The notes: generated by a model not told the origin, from the sequence alone. DNA of 64,000 bases from Bacteroidales bacterium UBA1208 (GCA_002309955.1 DBXQ01000102.1:32096-96095); one strand, 5' to 3'; positions 17,303 to 27,055 are shown, numbered from the stretch's first letter. Made by a program: numbers and translations.

Positions 17303-18190
17303 TTACCAGTCCCAGCCTTCGTCAAAGTCCATGTCTTCTTCGGTGGTGTAATAGTCGTCGTATTCGTCATAGGGGGTGGTGAAGATTTGTGTGGAGTCGA
17401 CCTTGAAGTTGGAGATGATACGTTCTATATCGGCTTCGGTGGCGTCGCAGTACCACACTTCGACTGCGGTGCCCAGAGGGTAGCGCGTAACACCGGTGTA
17501 GTCTGGATAGAGTTTATAGCATACGGCACTGTTGCGGTCGGTGACTTCATCCCAGTGTTCTATGCCTACATTGAGCGAGGCGGAAAGAATTCCGCGGCGT
17601 GTTTTGGCGGGAGCCTGTCCGATGACGAAGGGGACGCGGGTTCCCACGGGTTTTTCGCCAATGCCTACAGTGAGGTCGACGGCTGCTCCTTGATCCATTT
17701 TTTCACCTGCGTATACCATTTTGCCTTTGCAGGTGGCTTCGAGAATCATGTTTCGGTATGGACTGTCAACAAACTTAAGCTTTCCACAGCGCAGGCCAGA
17801 TGCTTCGAGTGCGGAAACAGCACTGCGCACAGTCATGCTGGACAGCTCGGGTAGCACTACGTCTGCAGGAGTATATGTGCTGACGGTGACGTAGACTTTG
17901 CGATGGGTTTTGACCATGGTGCCGGGTTTGGGGTCTTGTTGCAGCACTATGCCGCCTTCTTTCTCGGCATCATAGACAGAGTCGATGATTACATAGGTGA
18001 AGCTTAAGGGGTTGTCCTTTTTGAGCTGGGAAAGGGATATGCCATAGTAGTCGGGCAGCTCGTATTCTTTTCCCTGACGGGCAATGGCTTTGATAAGCAG
18101 GAATGCCAGTACCACAATAATGACTGACACAGCAAGCATATATAGCAAATGCTTGATGAGGGGGTGCCGTTTGAAGAAGTTATTGCTCAT
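17303..18190 (-). CDS. PASTA domain-containing membrane-anchored protein
   Basis: N-terminal TM helix (LLYMLAVSVIIVVLAFLLI) followed by repeated PASTA-like units (..V..Q.P..G..V.....V.L.VS). Confidence 0.7.
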   Translation of the reverse strand: MSNNFFKRHPLIKHLLYMLAVSVIIVVLAFLLIKAIARQGKEYELPDYYGISLSQLKKDNPLSFTYVIIDSVYDAEKEGGIVLQQDPKPGTMVKTHRKVYVTVSTYTPADVVLPELSSMTVRSAVSALEASGLRCGKLKFVDSPYRNMILEATCKGKMVYAGEKMDQGAAVDLTVGIGEKPVGTRVPFVIGQAPAKTRRGILSASLNVGIEHWDEVTDRNSAVCYKLYPDYTGVTRYPLGTAVEVWYCDATEADIERIISNFKVDSTQIFTTPYDEYDDYYTTEEDMDFDEGWDW

Positions 18191-18259
18191 AATTGTATGT
18201 AATAACGCTGGACGTGGTGTTTTATTGTTCGGTGCAGGCAGAGTTTTTGCCAGTGGCGG

Positions 18260-19594
18260 TCAAGACACAATCTCGCCTTTGAGGGTGGCAGCGGTGCAGT
18301 CGGTGACTTTTACGTTGATGTATTGTCCGGGTTGTGCATTGCGACGGTCGAAAACGATGACTTTGTTTTGGCTATTGCGGCCAAAGAGTTGTTCTTTGCT
18401 GCGGTGCGACACGCCCTCTACCAATACTTCAAAGGTCTTGCCTATTTCTTTGCGGTTGTTTTCGAGTGCAATCTGTCCTTGCAAGGCGATGATTTCTTCG
18501 AGACGCCGGGTTTTCTCGGCTTCGGGGATATCGTCTTGCAGGTGTTTGGCGGCGTAGGTGTCGGGACGCATGGAGAATTTGAACATGTAGGCGTAGTCGT
18601 AGCGCACTTTGCGGAACATGTCGAGGGTCATTTGGTGTTCCTCCTCGGTTTCGGTGCAGAATCCGGCGATGACATCGGTTGTGATGGAGCAGTCGGGCAT
18701 GTAGCGGCGGATGGCTTCGATGCGGTTCAGGTACCATGCAGAGTCGTAGTGGCGGTTCATGAGTTTCAGCATACGGTCGCTGCCGCTCTGTACGGGCAGG
18801 TGGATACATTTGCATATGTTGCTATGCGAGGCCATTACTTCAAGGAGTTTGTCGCTGAGGTCTTTTGGGTGCGAGGTGGCGAAACGGACACGGAGCAGAG
18901 GGCTTATTTCGGCTACGCGATGCATCAGTTCAGGAAAATCAACGGAGGTGGAGCTGTCGGCTGGGTTGTGGAAACGGTAGGAGTTGACATTTTGTCCCAG
19001 TAGGGTTACTTCTTTATAGCCTTGTTCGAAAAGTGAGCGAGCTTCGGCGATGATGGTTTCGGGGTCGCGGCTGCGTTCGCGCCCACGGGTGTATGGCACT
19101 ACGCAGTAGGCACAATAGTTCTGGCATCCTCGCATGATGGAAATATAGGCCGATATGCCATTTGAGCCCAGACGTACGGGTTCGATGTCGGCATAGGTCT
19201 CGGTAGTGCTGAGTTCGGTTTCGGCTGCTTTGACTCCTCCTTGGCGTACTTGTTTAAGAAGGCTGGGAAGTTGACGGTAGGCGTCGGGACCTACTACGAA
19301 ACTGACGTTCTCCTCTTCTACCATCAATTGGCTTTGCAAACGTTCGGCCATGCAGCCCAGTATGCCTATGCGCAGTTGTTTGTGGCGCAGTTGCAGGGCT
19401 CGCAATTCGTGTAGGCGTTTTCGGATGCGTTGCTCGGCGTTGTCGCGGATGGCGCAGGTATTGATGAGTATGTAGTCGGCTTGTTCAATGTCGTTCACAA
19501 CAATGTGCCCCTCTTTTTGGAGCAAGGAGGCAACAATTTCACTGTCGGCAAAGTTCATTTGGCAGCCGTAGGTTTCGATGTAGATGTTGGACAT
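18260..19594 (-). CDS. miaB: tRNA-i6A37 methylthiotransferase
   Basis: MSNIYIETYGCQMNFADSE, the radical-SAM motif CQNYCAYCVVP, and a C-terminal TRAM domain. Confidence 0.92.
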   Translation of the reverse strand: MSNIYIETYGCQMNFADSEIVASLLQKEGHIVVNDIEQADYILINTCAIRDNAEQRIRKRLHELRALQLRHKQLRIGILGCMAERLQSQLMVEEENVSFVVGPDAYRQLPSLLKQVRQGGVKAAETELSTTETYADIEPVRLGSNGISAYISIMRGCQNYCAYCVVPYTRGRERSRDPETIIAEARSLFEQGYKEVTLLGQNVNSYRFHNPADSSTSVDFPELMHRVAEISPLLRVRFATSHPKDLSDKLLEVMASHSNICKCIHLPVQSGSDRMLKLMNRHYDSAWYLNRIEAIRRYMPDCSITTDVIAGFCTETEEEHQMTLDMFRKVRYDYAYMFKFSMRPDTYAAKHLQDDIPEAEKTRRLEEIIALQGQIALENNRKEIGKTFEVLVEGVSHRSKEQLFGRNSQNKVIVFDRRNAQPGQYINVKVTDCTAATLKGEIVS

Positions 19595-19661
19595 GTATGT
19601 TTAGGATAATGATAAAGTGTTAATTTTCTGCGCATGTGGTTGGAGGGACATGCTATTGCTG

Positions 19662-22600
19662 TTAGGGGATGATGACTTTGGTGGCGGGCAATGTGCCAAT
19701 GCGTACAATATAGAGTCCTGGCCGCAGGGGTTGGGTTTCGGTACGGAGGGTTTCCGTGCTTTGTAGGCTGCCGCGTTGCAGTAAGAGCTGTCCCATGATG
19801 TTGTATATGGTCACAGGCAGATTTGCTGGAGATTCGGTGACGATGCATTGGCCCAGCGTATAGACTTTGGTGAAGAAGGCAGGGATGGGATTGTCAATGT
19901 TTTCGGGACGACCTTGGGCAAAGGTTGCAGTGATGGTGGCATTGCCAGTGATGGTGATGGAGTGGGGGTTGTCAGTGGCTCCGTCGGACCATTGCACAAA
20001 GTGGTAGCCTTCGTTTGGGAGGGCTCCCAGTTGAACCACGGTGCCTTTTGGAAAGATGCCGTTACCGGCGGCAGCACCCATGGTGGGATTGGCAGAGCGA
20101 ACGGCAAGTTGGTAGTAGGAGGTGGTATCGTAGTAGTATTGTTCGTGGATGACGATGTAGAAGGTGTCGTGTTCGTCACGGGGCATCCAAAGGGTATCGC
20201 GTGTGGTGACCGTAATGGTATCAATATGGCTTACCCAAAGGGTGTCGTGCAGAGTGATGTTTACAGTTTGATGGATAGTACGCCATACGGTGTCGCGCAA
20301 CACGATGGTGTCGTGGATAAGAATTAGTGATTTAGATCGAATGTCAGAGCCTTTGGCAAAGTAGGCGTTGAAGAGGATGTCGCTGTTGACGGTGATGGTT
20401 CGGGGATTGTCGGTGTTGCCGTCCATCCAATGGCTGAAATGGTAGCCGGGATAGGCCAGTGCGGCAATCTCGAGCCGTGTCCCTTTTAGGAAGAATCCGC
20501 TGCCCGAGGTATTGCCTCGGGTTATCTCGTTGGGCAGTACGGCTACCTCATAGGTGCTGGGTTGGAAGAAGGTAGTATCGAGTACGGTCTGTTCTACAGT
20601 GTCGATGAGCGAGAAGAAAAGCGTATCGTAGACGGTGGTGTATAGGGTATCGTGATAGGAGTGGGTCAGAGTGTCGTGTATCCAGTGGATGAGGGTGTCG
20701 TAAACGATATGGTCAAGGGTGTCGTGGACAGAAATGTAGACGGTGTCGCGTATTATAGTATCGGAACCCAGGGTATCGTATACCGTGATATCGTCGACAA
20801 AGAGGTGGTATTTGTAGTTGGAATAATAGTTGATGGCTACATAGCGGGCTTCGGCGGGAACGGTGACCACGCTTTGCTGCCAGTCATTCGTTGAGACAGC
20901 GACATCGGCGATGGTGTTGGTGAAAGATTCGACAGCGTTGTTGGTGGTAGAGTATTGTATTTTGAAGTTTTCGGTTGAGTTGTGGGAACGACGGTACCAA
21001 AAACTCATCTGTAAGGGACGGGTATGCTGCAGGCAGGGGGATATGAGGTATTGGTTATAGTCGGAGGCAGTGTAAAAGCTGGAGAAGCGGAACTGATAGT
21101 TGCCGCTATGGGGGTATATGCTGTTTTCGGTTCCAGTGACACCCAGTTCTTGGAGATTTTCAGTGCTGATGCTTTCGGTCGTCCAACAGCCGTTGTCGCC
21201 CTCTTCAAAACCCTGTTCCAAAGGGAATGTGTGTACTGTACCGCAGGCAGGATTGCCATTGGGATTGAAAGTGAAGGTGACACTGCTGTTATTGGTACCG
21301 GAGAGATGAATGTTGGTGATTCTGAAAGAAGAATCGGGGGTGCCGTCGCAAAGATAGGGGTAGGGGTTGGTGCCGATATGGAAGGCATGTCGGCTGGAAA
21401 TTCCCAAGGCGGCTTGCGCAATAGTGCCGTTGACAGTGTCAATGTTGCTGTTGGGACGGAAGAGCCATAGTTGATGAGGAATGGAATAAAAATTAAAGTT
21501 AGCGTTATCGGCAGTGCTTCTGTCGTTATAGCGCCATATCAGAAGTCCTTGGTTTGGAATAGATGCGTCGAAGGTGTCGGCATTGTTGCGGTATTCAAGT
21601 ATGTACCACTGATGGGGTGCTGCCGCAGCGATTTTTACAGCATTGTTGGGACCTGAAGCCAGTGATTGAAGGGTGTATTCACCCGAATCCTCGATGAGGG
21701 GGATGCTGTCTATCCAATTTAGATAGTGGTATTTGAAGAACGAATTGGTTTGTTGTGGGGGAGTCTGGTTGCTGTTCATCAAATCCCATGCACCTCCAGG
21801 CGACACATTGGTGTAGCTGTCGTAATGATAAAGGTCGGGGGCACCCAAAGTGTGTGTCATTTCGTGACACAAGGTGCTTACGCTGAAGTAGTGCGACCCG
21901 CTTCCTGCCAACTGCAGATTATAGGTCCAGATTCGTTTGTTGCCAAGGGTTACAGTGCGGTCGTAGAGAGACCATTTATGAGGCCAAAGTAGGTCGTTCC
22001 AAGCGGTAAACGTGCCGCTCACTATAAAACATATGTTATCCACTTTGCCATCGTTGTCCATGTCGAGATTGGGCAAGGATGACACTGCACAGTTGGCATT
22101 GATCCAGCTGACGGCATTCTGCAAGAGGGTGAATTCGCGGTTGCGCCTTGATGTGTCGTTGGTGTAGCCTATCGGATTGGTGACAGCGTTGTATGGTTTA
22201 AAATAATTGCGTACATGCATGTCCTGATAGGAAAGCACAAAGTCGGCGCTTGGGGTCGGCAAATAATGGGTCACTACCCGCAGGTTACCGTAGCTGGTGT
22301 AGTGGAAGTAATTGAAAAGAGACTCGTTGCCAGCTGTGCTGTCGTTGAACATGGAGTCAATAGTACTGAAAGAGGAAGACGTACAAGTGTCTTCATCGGC
22401 AAAACGGATAAAAATGACTATGTTGTTCAGTATCCCGTGGTTGGCTCCGCTGGTCTTGGGTGCAACAGACAGTGAATCCTCTGGCACTTTCCAGGCGTCG
22501 TGGCGGCTGCGCAGATAACGCTTAGTGGGCATCAGGTTGGGACGCAGTCCAGCCTTGGCGGGGTCGTCACGTCCCGGCAGCAGGGTGGTGGCACAGAGAC

Positions 22601-22871
22601 CCTCGGGAATCACACCCACCTGCAGTGGGTCGACCATGGGGTCTGTATCGGTGCTCTGTCCGGCATAGACATACTGTCTGGTTTGTGGGTTTTGAACTAT
22701 TGTGAAACCTTCCGAATCGTGGAGCCAATGATAAAACTCATCGCCACTGACAAAACAATGTAGTGTGTCGCCATTGGGCTGAACCACTGTTGTGGGTGCA
22801 AACCGCACAGGTGCGGCCATGCACCATGCCCACAAGGTCAAACTAAAGATAAGGAATAATAATTTGCGCAT
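19662..22871 (-). CDS. M6 (immune inhibitor A)-like zinc metalloprotease with T9SS C-terminal domain
   Basis: Signal peptide, HEMTHTLGAPDLYHY (HExxH) at aa 336-350, two DT-repeat blocks each followed by a GYHF..W.DG.TDNP..IT domain, and the C-terminus LYIVRIGTLPATKVIIP. Confidence 0.7.
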   Translation of the reverse strand: MRKLLFLIFSLTLWAWCMAAPVRFAPTTVVQPNGDTLHCFVSGDEFYHWLHDSEGFTIVQNPQTRQYVYAGQSTDTDPMVDPLQVGVIPEGLCATTLLPGRDDPAKAGLRPNLMPTKRYLRSRHDAWKVPEDSLSVAPKTSGANHGILNNIVIFIRFADEDTCTSSSFSTIDSMFNDSTAGNESLFNYFHYTSYGNLRVVTHYLPTPSADFVLSYQDMHVRNYFKPYNAVTNPIGYTNDTSRRNREFTLLQNAVSWINANCAVSSLPNLDMDNDGKVDNICFIVSGTFTAWNDLLWPHKWSLYDRTVTLGNKRIWTYNLQLAGSGSHYFSVSTLCHEMTHTLGAPDLYHYDSYTNVSPGGAWDLMNSNQTPPQQTNSFFKYHYLNWIDSIPLIEDSGEYTLQSLASGPNNAVKIAAAAPHQWYILEYRNNADTFDASIPNQGLLIWRYNDRSTADNANFNFYSIPHQLWLFRPNSNIDTVNGTIAQAALGISSRHAFHIGTNPYPYLCDGTPDSSFRITNIHLSGTNNSSVTFTFNPNGNPACGTVHTFPLEQGFEEGDNGCWTTESISTENLQELGVTGTENSIYPHSGNYQFRFSSFYTASDYNQYLISPCLQHTRPLQMSFWYRRSHNSTENFKIQYSTTNNAVESFTNTIADVAVSTNDWQQSVVTVPAEARYVAINYYSNYKYHLFVDDITVYDTLGSDTIIRDTVYISVHDTLDHIVYDTLIHWIHDTLTHSYHDTLYTTVYDTLFFSLIDTVEQTVLDTTFFQPSTYEVAVLPNEITRGNTSGSGFFLKGTRLEIAALAYPGYHFSHWMDGNTDNPRTITVNSDILFNAYFAKGSDIRSKSLILIHDTIVLRDTVWRTIHQTVNITLHDTLWVSHIDTITVTTRDTLWMPRDEHDTFYIVIHEQYYYDTTSYYQLAVRSANPTMGAAAGNGIFPKGTVVQLGALPNEGYHFVQWSDGATDNPHSITITGNATITATFAQGRPENIDNPIPAFFTKVYTLGQCIVTESPANLPVTIYNIMGQLLLQRGSLQSTETLRTETQPLRPGLYIVRIGTLPATKVIIP

Positions 22872-22922
22872 CGTATGACTTTAATATTAGTGTTTAAAAT
22901 ATATTACTTCAATCCGTATTAT

Positions 22923-24203
22923 TCAACGCGAGCGTCCTATGGCAACTAAACGATCGTAGCGGTCGTTGGCACCACGGTAATAGACAAAGGCTGTGTAGCG
23001 ATTAGGGGTTTCGAAATGGTCGCCTTCCAGCACATTGGTGGCTCCCTCGGTTTCGCCTACGGGTACGAACAAAAGCTGGTAGGAATAGTATCCCTGTTTC
23101 AGGTGCAGCCGCAGGGTGTAGGCTTTCAGATCCGGACGGTATTCCATGCGAGAATGCTCATCTAAGCACCAGTTGGTGAGTTCGCCGGCCACATGCACAC
23201 TCCCGTTCATAAACGGGTAGCGCATGGGCAGTAAGAAATGGACCCACACATAGTCGGCTTCGGTCTGCTTGTTGGTGCGATCCCAAACGTTCACTTTCAT
23301 GCCTCCGCAGAGAACTTCCTCCGCTATGAAATTGGCTTTCGATCGGTCTTCGAGGGGTTTCAGCGTGGCATACCATTCGCCGCCATAGTCGGCTATCTGT
23401 GCCACATTATAGGTGGCTGTGCGAATATTGCTTATATCAAACCATCTGAAAGTGTTGCCGCAGGCAAACACATTTTCGGGTTTATGGCGGTAGCACAGCG
23501 AACTCCCTTCGAAACCGCCGAAAGGAAGCCATCGCATATTGTCTGTACGACCGTTTTGCTGCACCAATACATGGCACCACGCTGGATTAAGCGTCGGCCA
23601 CGGAACGTCGCCACGGTAATCGCGGTTCTCCGACACCGTCACATCCACTTCACGGCGCTCCCTCACGCTGCCCCCGTCGTAAGGACTCACCACCGCCACA
23701 TCGGCTTTTAGGCTACCCTCAGTCACATAAAATCTCCGGGTAAACAAAATGCGGTCAGGCTCCTCTTGGTCGAAAACAGTCACTACATAATTCCCCGACA
23801 CCAACAATTGGCTATGCTTGCCAGGGATGTATTGAAAATAATTAACATAGTCGGTCAGTGTGGTGAACGAACTGTTGTAACCTTCTATGGCTTCCTCTTC
23901 AAATCCGTTTATATATTCGTAGGGATCCAGTTCGTCGCGTTGCCAACGGCTGTCGCAATGCTCTATACGGTAACGGTAACTCCCCACCTCAGCATCCAGA
24001 ACATCGAAACGCAACAGTAGCCGGTCTTCGCTACCTAACGACAAGACAGGGGATTCTCCCTCCACACCGCCGCGGCACAACACTACCGTCTTCACCTGCG
24101 CAGACCAGATAGAGTCAGTCACTATTTGGGCATACAAACCCAATCCTTCCGACAGTGGGAGCAATACTAATAATATGAGAAACAATATAATATATTTATT
24201 CAT
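22923..24203 (-). CDS. Secreted protein, possibly DUF5103 / T9SS plug-like (low-confidence family call)
   Basis: I start it at ATG 24201-24203 (MNKYIILFLILLVLLPL...). The motif YRYRIEHCDSRWQRDEL matches my recollection of DUF5103. I could not verify this. Confidence 0.45.
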   Translation of the reverse strand: MNKYIILFLILLVLLPLSEGLGLYAQIVTDSIWSAQVKTVVLCRGGVEGESPVLSLGSEDRLLLRFDVLDAEVGSYRYRIEHCDSRWQRDELDPYEYINGFEEEAIEGYNSSFTTLTDYVNYFQYIPGKHSQLLVSGNYVVTVFDQEEPDRILFTRRFYVTEGSLKADVAVVSPYDGGSVRERREVDVTVSENRDYRGDVPWPTLNPAWCHVLVQQNGRTDNMRWLPFGGFEGSSLCYRHKPENVFACGNTFRWFDISNIRTATYNVAQIADYGGEWYATLKPLEDRSKANFIAEEVLCGGMKVNVWDRTNKQTEADYVWVHFLLPMRYPFMNGSVHVAGELTNWCLDEHSRMEYRPDLKAYTLRLHLKQGYYSYQLLFVPVGETEGATNVLEGDHFETPNRYTAFVYYRGANDRYDRLVAIGRSR

Positions 24204-24232
24204 ATAAACAAAGAAAGCACAAAATGCCTCTG

Positions 24233-24240
24233 CAAAGATA
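24233..24240 (-). promoter_or_regulatory. Bacteroidota -7 promoter box
   Basis: TATCTTTG on the minus strand, 30 nt upstream of the start at 24203. Confidence 0.45.
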
Positions 24241-24531
24241 CGAATAAAAATTAAAACCATCAAAAATAAGCACGAAAGAGCTTTTTGTAAAGGTGACGAA
24301 AGTCCCCACTGGGGGATTTCAATTGTGAAGAGGAAAAAATGAAAGCCCATCTTCAATACGCAGAATACACTCCGTCAATAGTTGTTCTATGTTGATTCAC
24401 CGTAGAACAACCGTCCCGAAAATGTCATCGGAACACAAGTGCGTTTCCTTCTGTCGTAGGTTCCTTAATGAGCGATTTGGATTTTAAGGGGAATGTTGAA
24501 CAGCTGGAGAAGTTTGTTTAATGTATCAAAT

Positions 24532-24557
24532 AAAAAAGCCTGCATTTCTGCGGGCTT
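24532..24557 (-). terminator. Likely the original tRNA-Val terminator, now displaced by the insertion
   Basis: The minus strand reads agcccgcagaaatgcaggct followed by TTTTTT. It sits immediately outside the left att repeat. Confidence 0.5.
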
Positions 24558-24806
24558 TCTATTTTGGTGGTCTGTGGCAGACCACTAAACACCGATACAA
24601 TTTATTGTGTTTCAGTGTTTGCAGCCGTTGAAAAACTTATCGAGTAACAAACGGGAAACAAAATTGTACCTTTATAGGCTTTCGGGCTGCTGTTTTTAAC
24701 TCTCAAAAACGGTGCAAAAATACAACTTTTTTCTCAATATTGCATAACTTCATCCAATATAAACAAAGAAAGCCCCGAATAGGGGCTGTTCTATGCGTGT
24801 GGGTGG

Positions 24807-25112
24807 TTATTCCTCGTCTTTGGGAATGTCCTCACCTCGTGCAAGCATTGCCAACCTCTCAACAAGCGGTCTATTCCTCGCCCTCAAATCTTGCAAATCT
24901 GCACTCACTGCCTGTTGCTTGGGGACTACATACTGCATCAGCCTTTCGAACATCTGTACTCGCTCTTTGGGTTCTAATGCTTTCAAATCTTCCTCAATCT
25001 GCTCTCGGTTGTTATCAATCAGTGCAGAAATCCATTCTCGCATGTTCTGCGTTACTTTGTTTGGTGTTCCCTTTGGTCTGCCATTGGGATTGTTGGTGTG
25101 TCCTTTTTCCAT
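24807..25112 (-). CDS. Small phage/element-associated protein (DUF5681-like, tentative)
   Basis: The N-terminus MEKGHTNNPNGRPKGTPNK is the NPNGRPKG signature I associate with DUF5681. Confidence 0.5.
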   Translation of the reverse strand: MEKGHTNNPNGRPKGTPNKVTQNMREWISALIDNNREQIEEDLKALEPKERVQMFERLMQYVVPKQQAVSADLQDLRARNRPLVERLAMLARGEDIPKDEE

Positions 25113-25134
25113 ATCTGTAAATCTTTGTTGTTTT

Positions 25135-25142
25135 CAAATATA
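25135..25142 (-). promoter_or_regulatory. Bacteroidota -7 promoter box
   Basis: TATATTTG on the minus strand, 23 nt upstream of the start at 25112. Confidence 0.4.
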
Positions 25143-25188
25143 CTTTTTTGTTCTTATCGCTCGTGCGTTTTTTTTGCCCAATTATCGA

Positions 25189-25240
25189 GCATAGTTTATA
25201 AGCATAGTTTATAAGCATTATTTATAAGCATTATTTAAGG
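25189..25240. repeat. Four tandem 13-bp repeats (iteron-like)
   Basis: gcatagtttataa | gcatagtttataa | gcattatttataa | gcattatttaagg. Confidence 0.85.
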
Positions 25241-25325
25241 TCGGGATTTTCTTGAACGTTGCTCTGTGCCTTTTTCACATTTATCCAGCACAATTATTAC
25301 GTTTACTTCGTTGCAAATAATGTAT

Positions 25326-26051
25326 TCATATTCCTAACAATGCTTTTACTCTCTTTTCGGCTGCATCAGTATTTTGTTTCAGCCTTTTCTTCTTGAATGA
25401 CGGACTTGCCCGAATTGCATACTCAATTACATTTTCCATTGATACATTAGGCTTGGTGGTGAAATAGAACCCTCTTGTGTGTTTGCTATAAATTTTCACA
25501 TTATGGAATGTCATTTGCAATTCGGCTCTCAACTTATTTGCGTAATATTCGGTAAAGTACCCTTGCAAACCACATGTCCCTATCGTTTCCGATTTCTCTA
25601 AATCTGCCCAAGAGGGATAACCGGCCATTCTCGCCCACATCAGTTTGTTGTTGGCTTTTGACACTCCATTGCTTGCACCCTCAATACTTTTCAATGCACA
25701 ATAGCCTAAAAACTTCACCTTGTCCCATTCTCTCAAATCGTCTTTACCAGCCCCAATAATCATATCCCTTTTGATTGATACACAACAATGCTTTTCTTGT
25801 ACAGGACAATTCTTATTCAGTTCTACAAGTATCTTTGCGTTTTTGGGGAAATCCCTAAAACCACAATCAAAATACATGTCGTTTTCCTCATAACTTTTAA
25901 GAACATCCTCCACATTTTTTTTGCTAATGTATGGTACAAGTCTGTTTTCGTCAATCTCTCTTACAATACACCACCTTGCCGTATTGAATAAACTGCTGGG
26001 CTTAGCCATATAGTTACGCAATAGCTCTATCGGAAATGTCAAGTAGTGCAT
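25326..26051 (-). CDS. Hypothetical protein (element cargo)
   Basis: 241-aa ORF, co-directional with its neighbours, overlapping the upstream gene by 13 nt. I recognise no motif. Confidence 0.55.
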   Translation of the reverse strand: MHYLTFPIELLRNYMAKPSSLFNTARWCIVREIDENRLVPYISKKNVEDVLKSYEENDMYFDCGFRDFPKNAKILVELNKNCPVQEKHCCVSIKRDMIIGAGKDDLREWDKVKFLGYCALKSIEGASNGVSKANNKLMWARMAGYPSWADLEKSETIGTCGLQGYFTEYYANKLRAELQMTFHNVKIYSKHTRGFYFTTKPNVSMENVIEYAIRASPSFKKKRLKQNTDAAEKRVKALLGI

Positions 26052-26512
26052 ACGAATGTTTTGTTATACCATTCAACAAAACTTTCAAAGTCCTTTGCAA
26101 TGTAGTACATACCCCCAGCACGTTCAATGTCGGCCTGGTACTTGCGTTGTGCATCGCTCTGGCGGTCGGCTCCTATCTTCACTTCAATTTTGACACTTCG
26201 CCCACAGATTGTTGCCGAAATATCTGCCGTGCCTTTCGTCATGTGCGACTTGCCAAACATATAATTGCCATTTGCCTGTTTTATCGGTCTCCCCATGATA
26301 TTGACACGTTCAGCCTGCCAACCACGCAACATGATGAAATCAATAATGCACCTCGTTAGTCCGTTGGCTGTGGTGTCGGTGTATGTGGGCTTTGGAAAGT
26401 AGGCTGCAACTCCAAACGGAGTTTGTTCTGCATGTCGTTTTAATTCGGGGTGCATTTCGATTGAGCGTTGCCACATGTCCAACTCTAATTGTTTGACTGC
26501 ATCACTCTTCAT
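26039..26512 (-). CDS. VRR-NUC / PD-(D/E)xK-like nuclease (tentative)
   Basis: I start it at ATG 26510-26512 (MKSDAV...). The motif GTADISATICGRSVKIEVKIGADRQSDAQRKYQADIERAGG fits D...E.K...Q of VRR-NUC. Confidence 0.5.
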   Translation of the reverse strand: MKSDAVKQLELDMWQRSIEMHPELKRHAEQTPFGVAAYFPKPTYTDTTANGLTRCIIDFIMLRGWQAERVNIMGRPIKQANGNYMFGKSHMTKGTADISATICGRSVKIEVKIGADRQSDAQRKYQADIERAGGMYYIAKDFESFVEWYNKTFVCTT

Positions 26513-26753
26513 AGTGTCCTCCTTTCGTTGTGAGGTGCTGGGAAATCCAATACACTTTGTAGTGTGATTTGGTCTTGGGGTTGGTACGCCAAATGTCCTG
26601 CACATCGGCTCCACCCGCAATACCGTTTTGGAAATCGGCTCTCAGTTGGCTAATAATCTTCCGTGCATCACCTGTGTTCGCCAATCGGTTCAGTTCTATA
26701 GCCGTAAACCTGCCACCCTCCAAGAGGTTTTTTATTAGAGATTGTTTTGTCAT
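26502..26753 (-). CDS. Small putative DNA-binding protein
   Basis: I start it at ATG 26751-26753, which forms an ATGA overlap with the upstream gene. The HTH-like segment is FTAIELNRLANTGDARKIISQLR. Confidence 0.45.
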   Translation of the reverse strand: MTKQSLIKNLLEGGRFTAIELNRLANTGDARKIISQLRADFQNGIAGGADVQDIWRTNPKTKSHYKVYWISQHLTTKGGHYEE

Positions 26754-27055
26754 TTCCGACCTCCTTTCCTCGGATTGTTCAACACATAGGCTGCTGCCAT
26801 TTGTTCTAACTCCTGTTGGCTGCTCACCTTGTTTTGTAGCAACCATGCGTTGATGTCCTCACGCTTGAAGAAAAGCATTTTTCCACCGCCTTTTGCAAAA
26901 GGTATTCGCCTTTCGTGTGTCAGTTTGTAGATGTAACCTTTCGACAAACCCGTGTACGCTGCCACATCGTCAATGTTGAACACGTCTTTTGCACCCATGA
27001 GGGATATTTGTTTTATCTCCTCTAACTTTGCCATGATTTCGATATTTTCGTTCAT
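26750..27055 (-). CDS. Excisionase-family helix-turn-helix protein
   Basis: I start it at ATG 27053-27055. The motif DDVAAYTGLSKGYIYKLTHERRIPFAK.GGKMLFFKREDINAWL is an HTH_17-type excisionase pattern. Confidence 0.65.
   Translation of the reverse strand: MNENIEIMAKLEEIKQISLMGAKDVFNIDDVAAYTGLSKGYIYKLTHERRIPFAKGGGKMLFFKREDINAWLLQNKVSSQQELEQMAAAYVLNNPRKGGRK

Noticed and set aside
15595-17854. Plus-strand ORFs of 305 aa (15595-16512) and 249 aa (17105-17854).
   Set aside because: They are antisense to the T9SS cargo and PASTA genes. The composition is Val/Gly-rich and repetitive, with no start context or promoter box.
25189-25240. A possible CRISPR array, also considered for the 18-bp duplication at 50865-50900.
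   Set aside because: The repeats are directly abutting with no spacers, only 13-18 bp long, and no cas genes are present. They are tandem repeats, not CRISPR.
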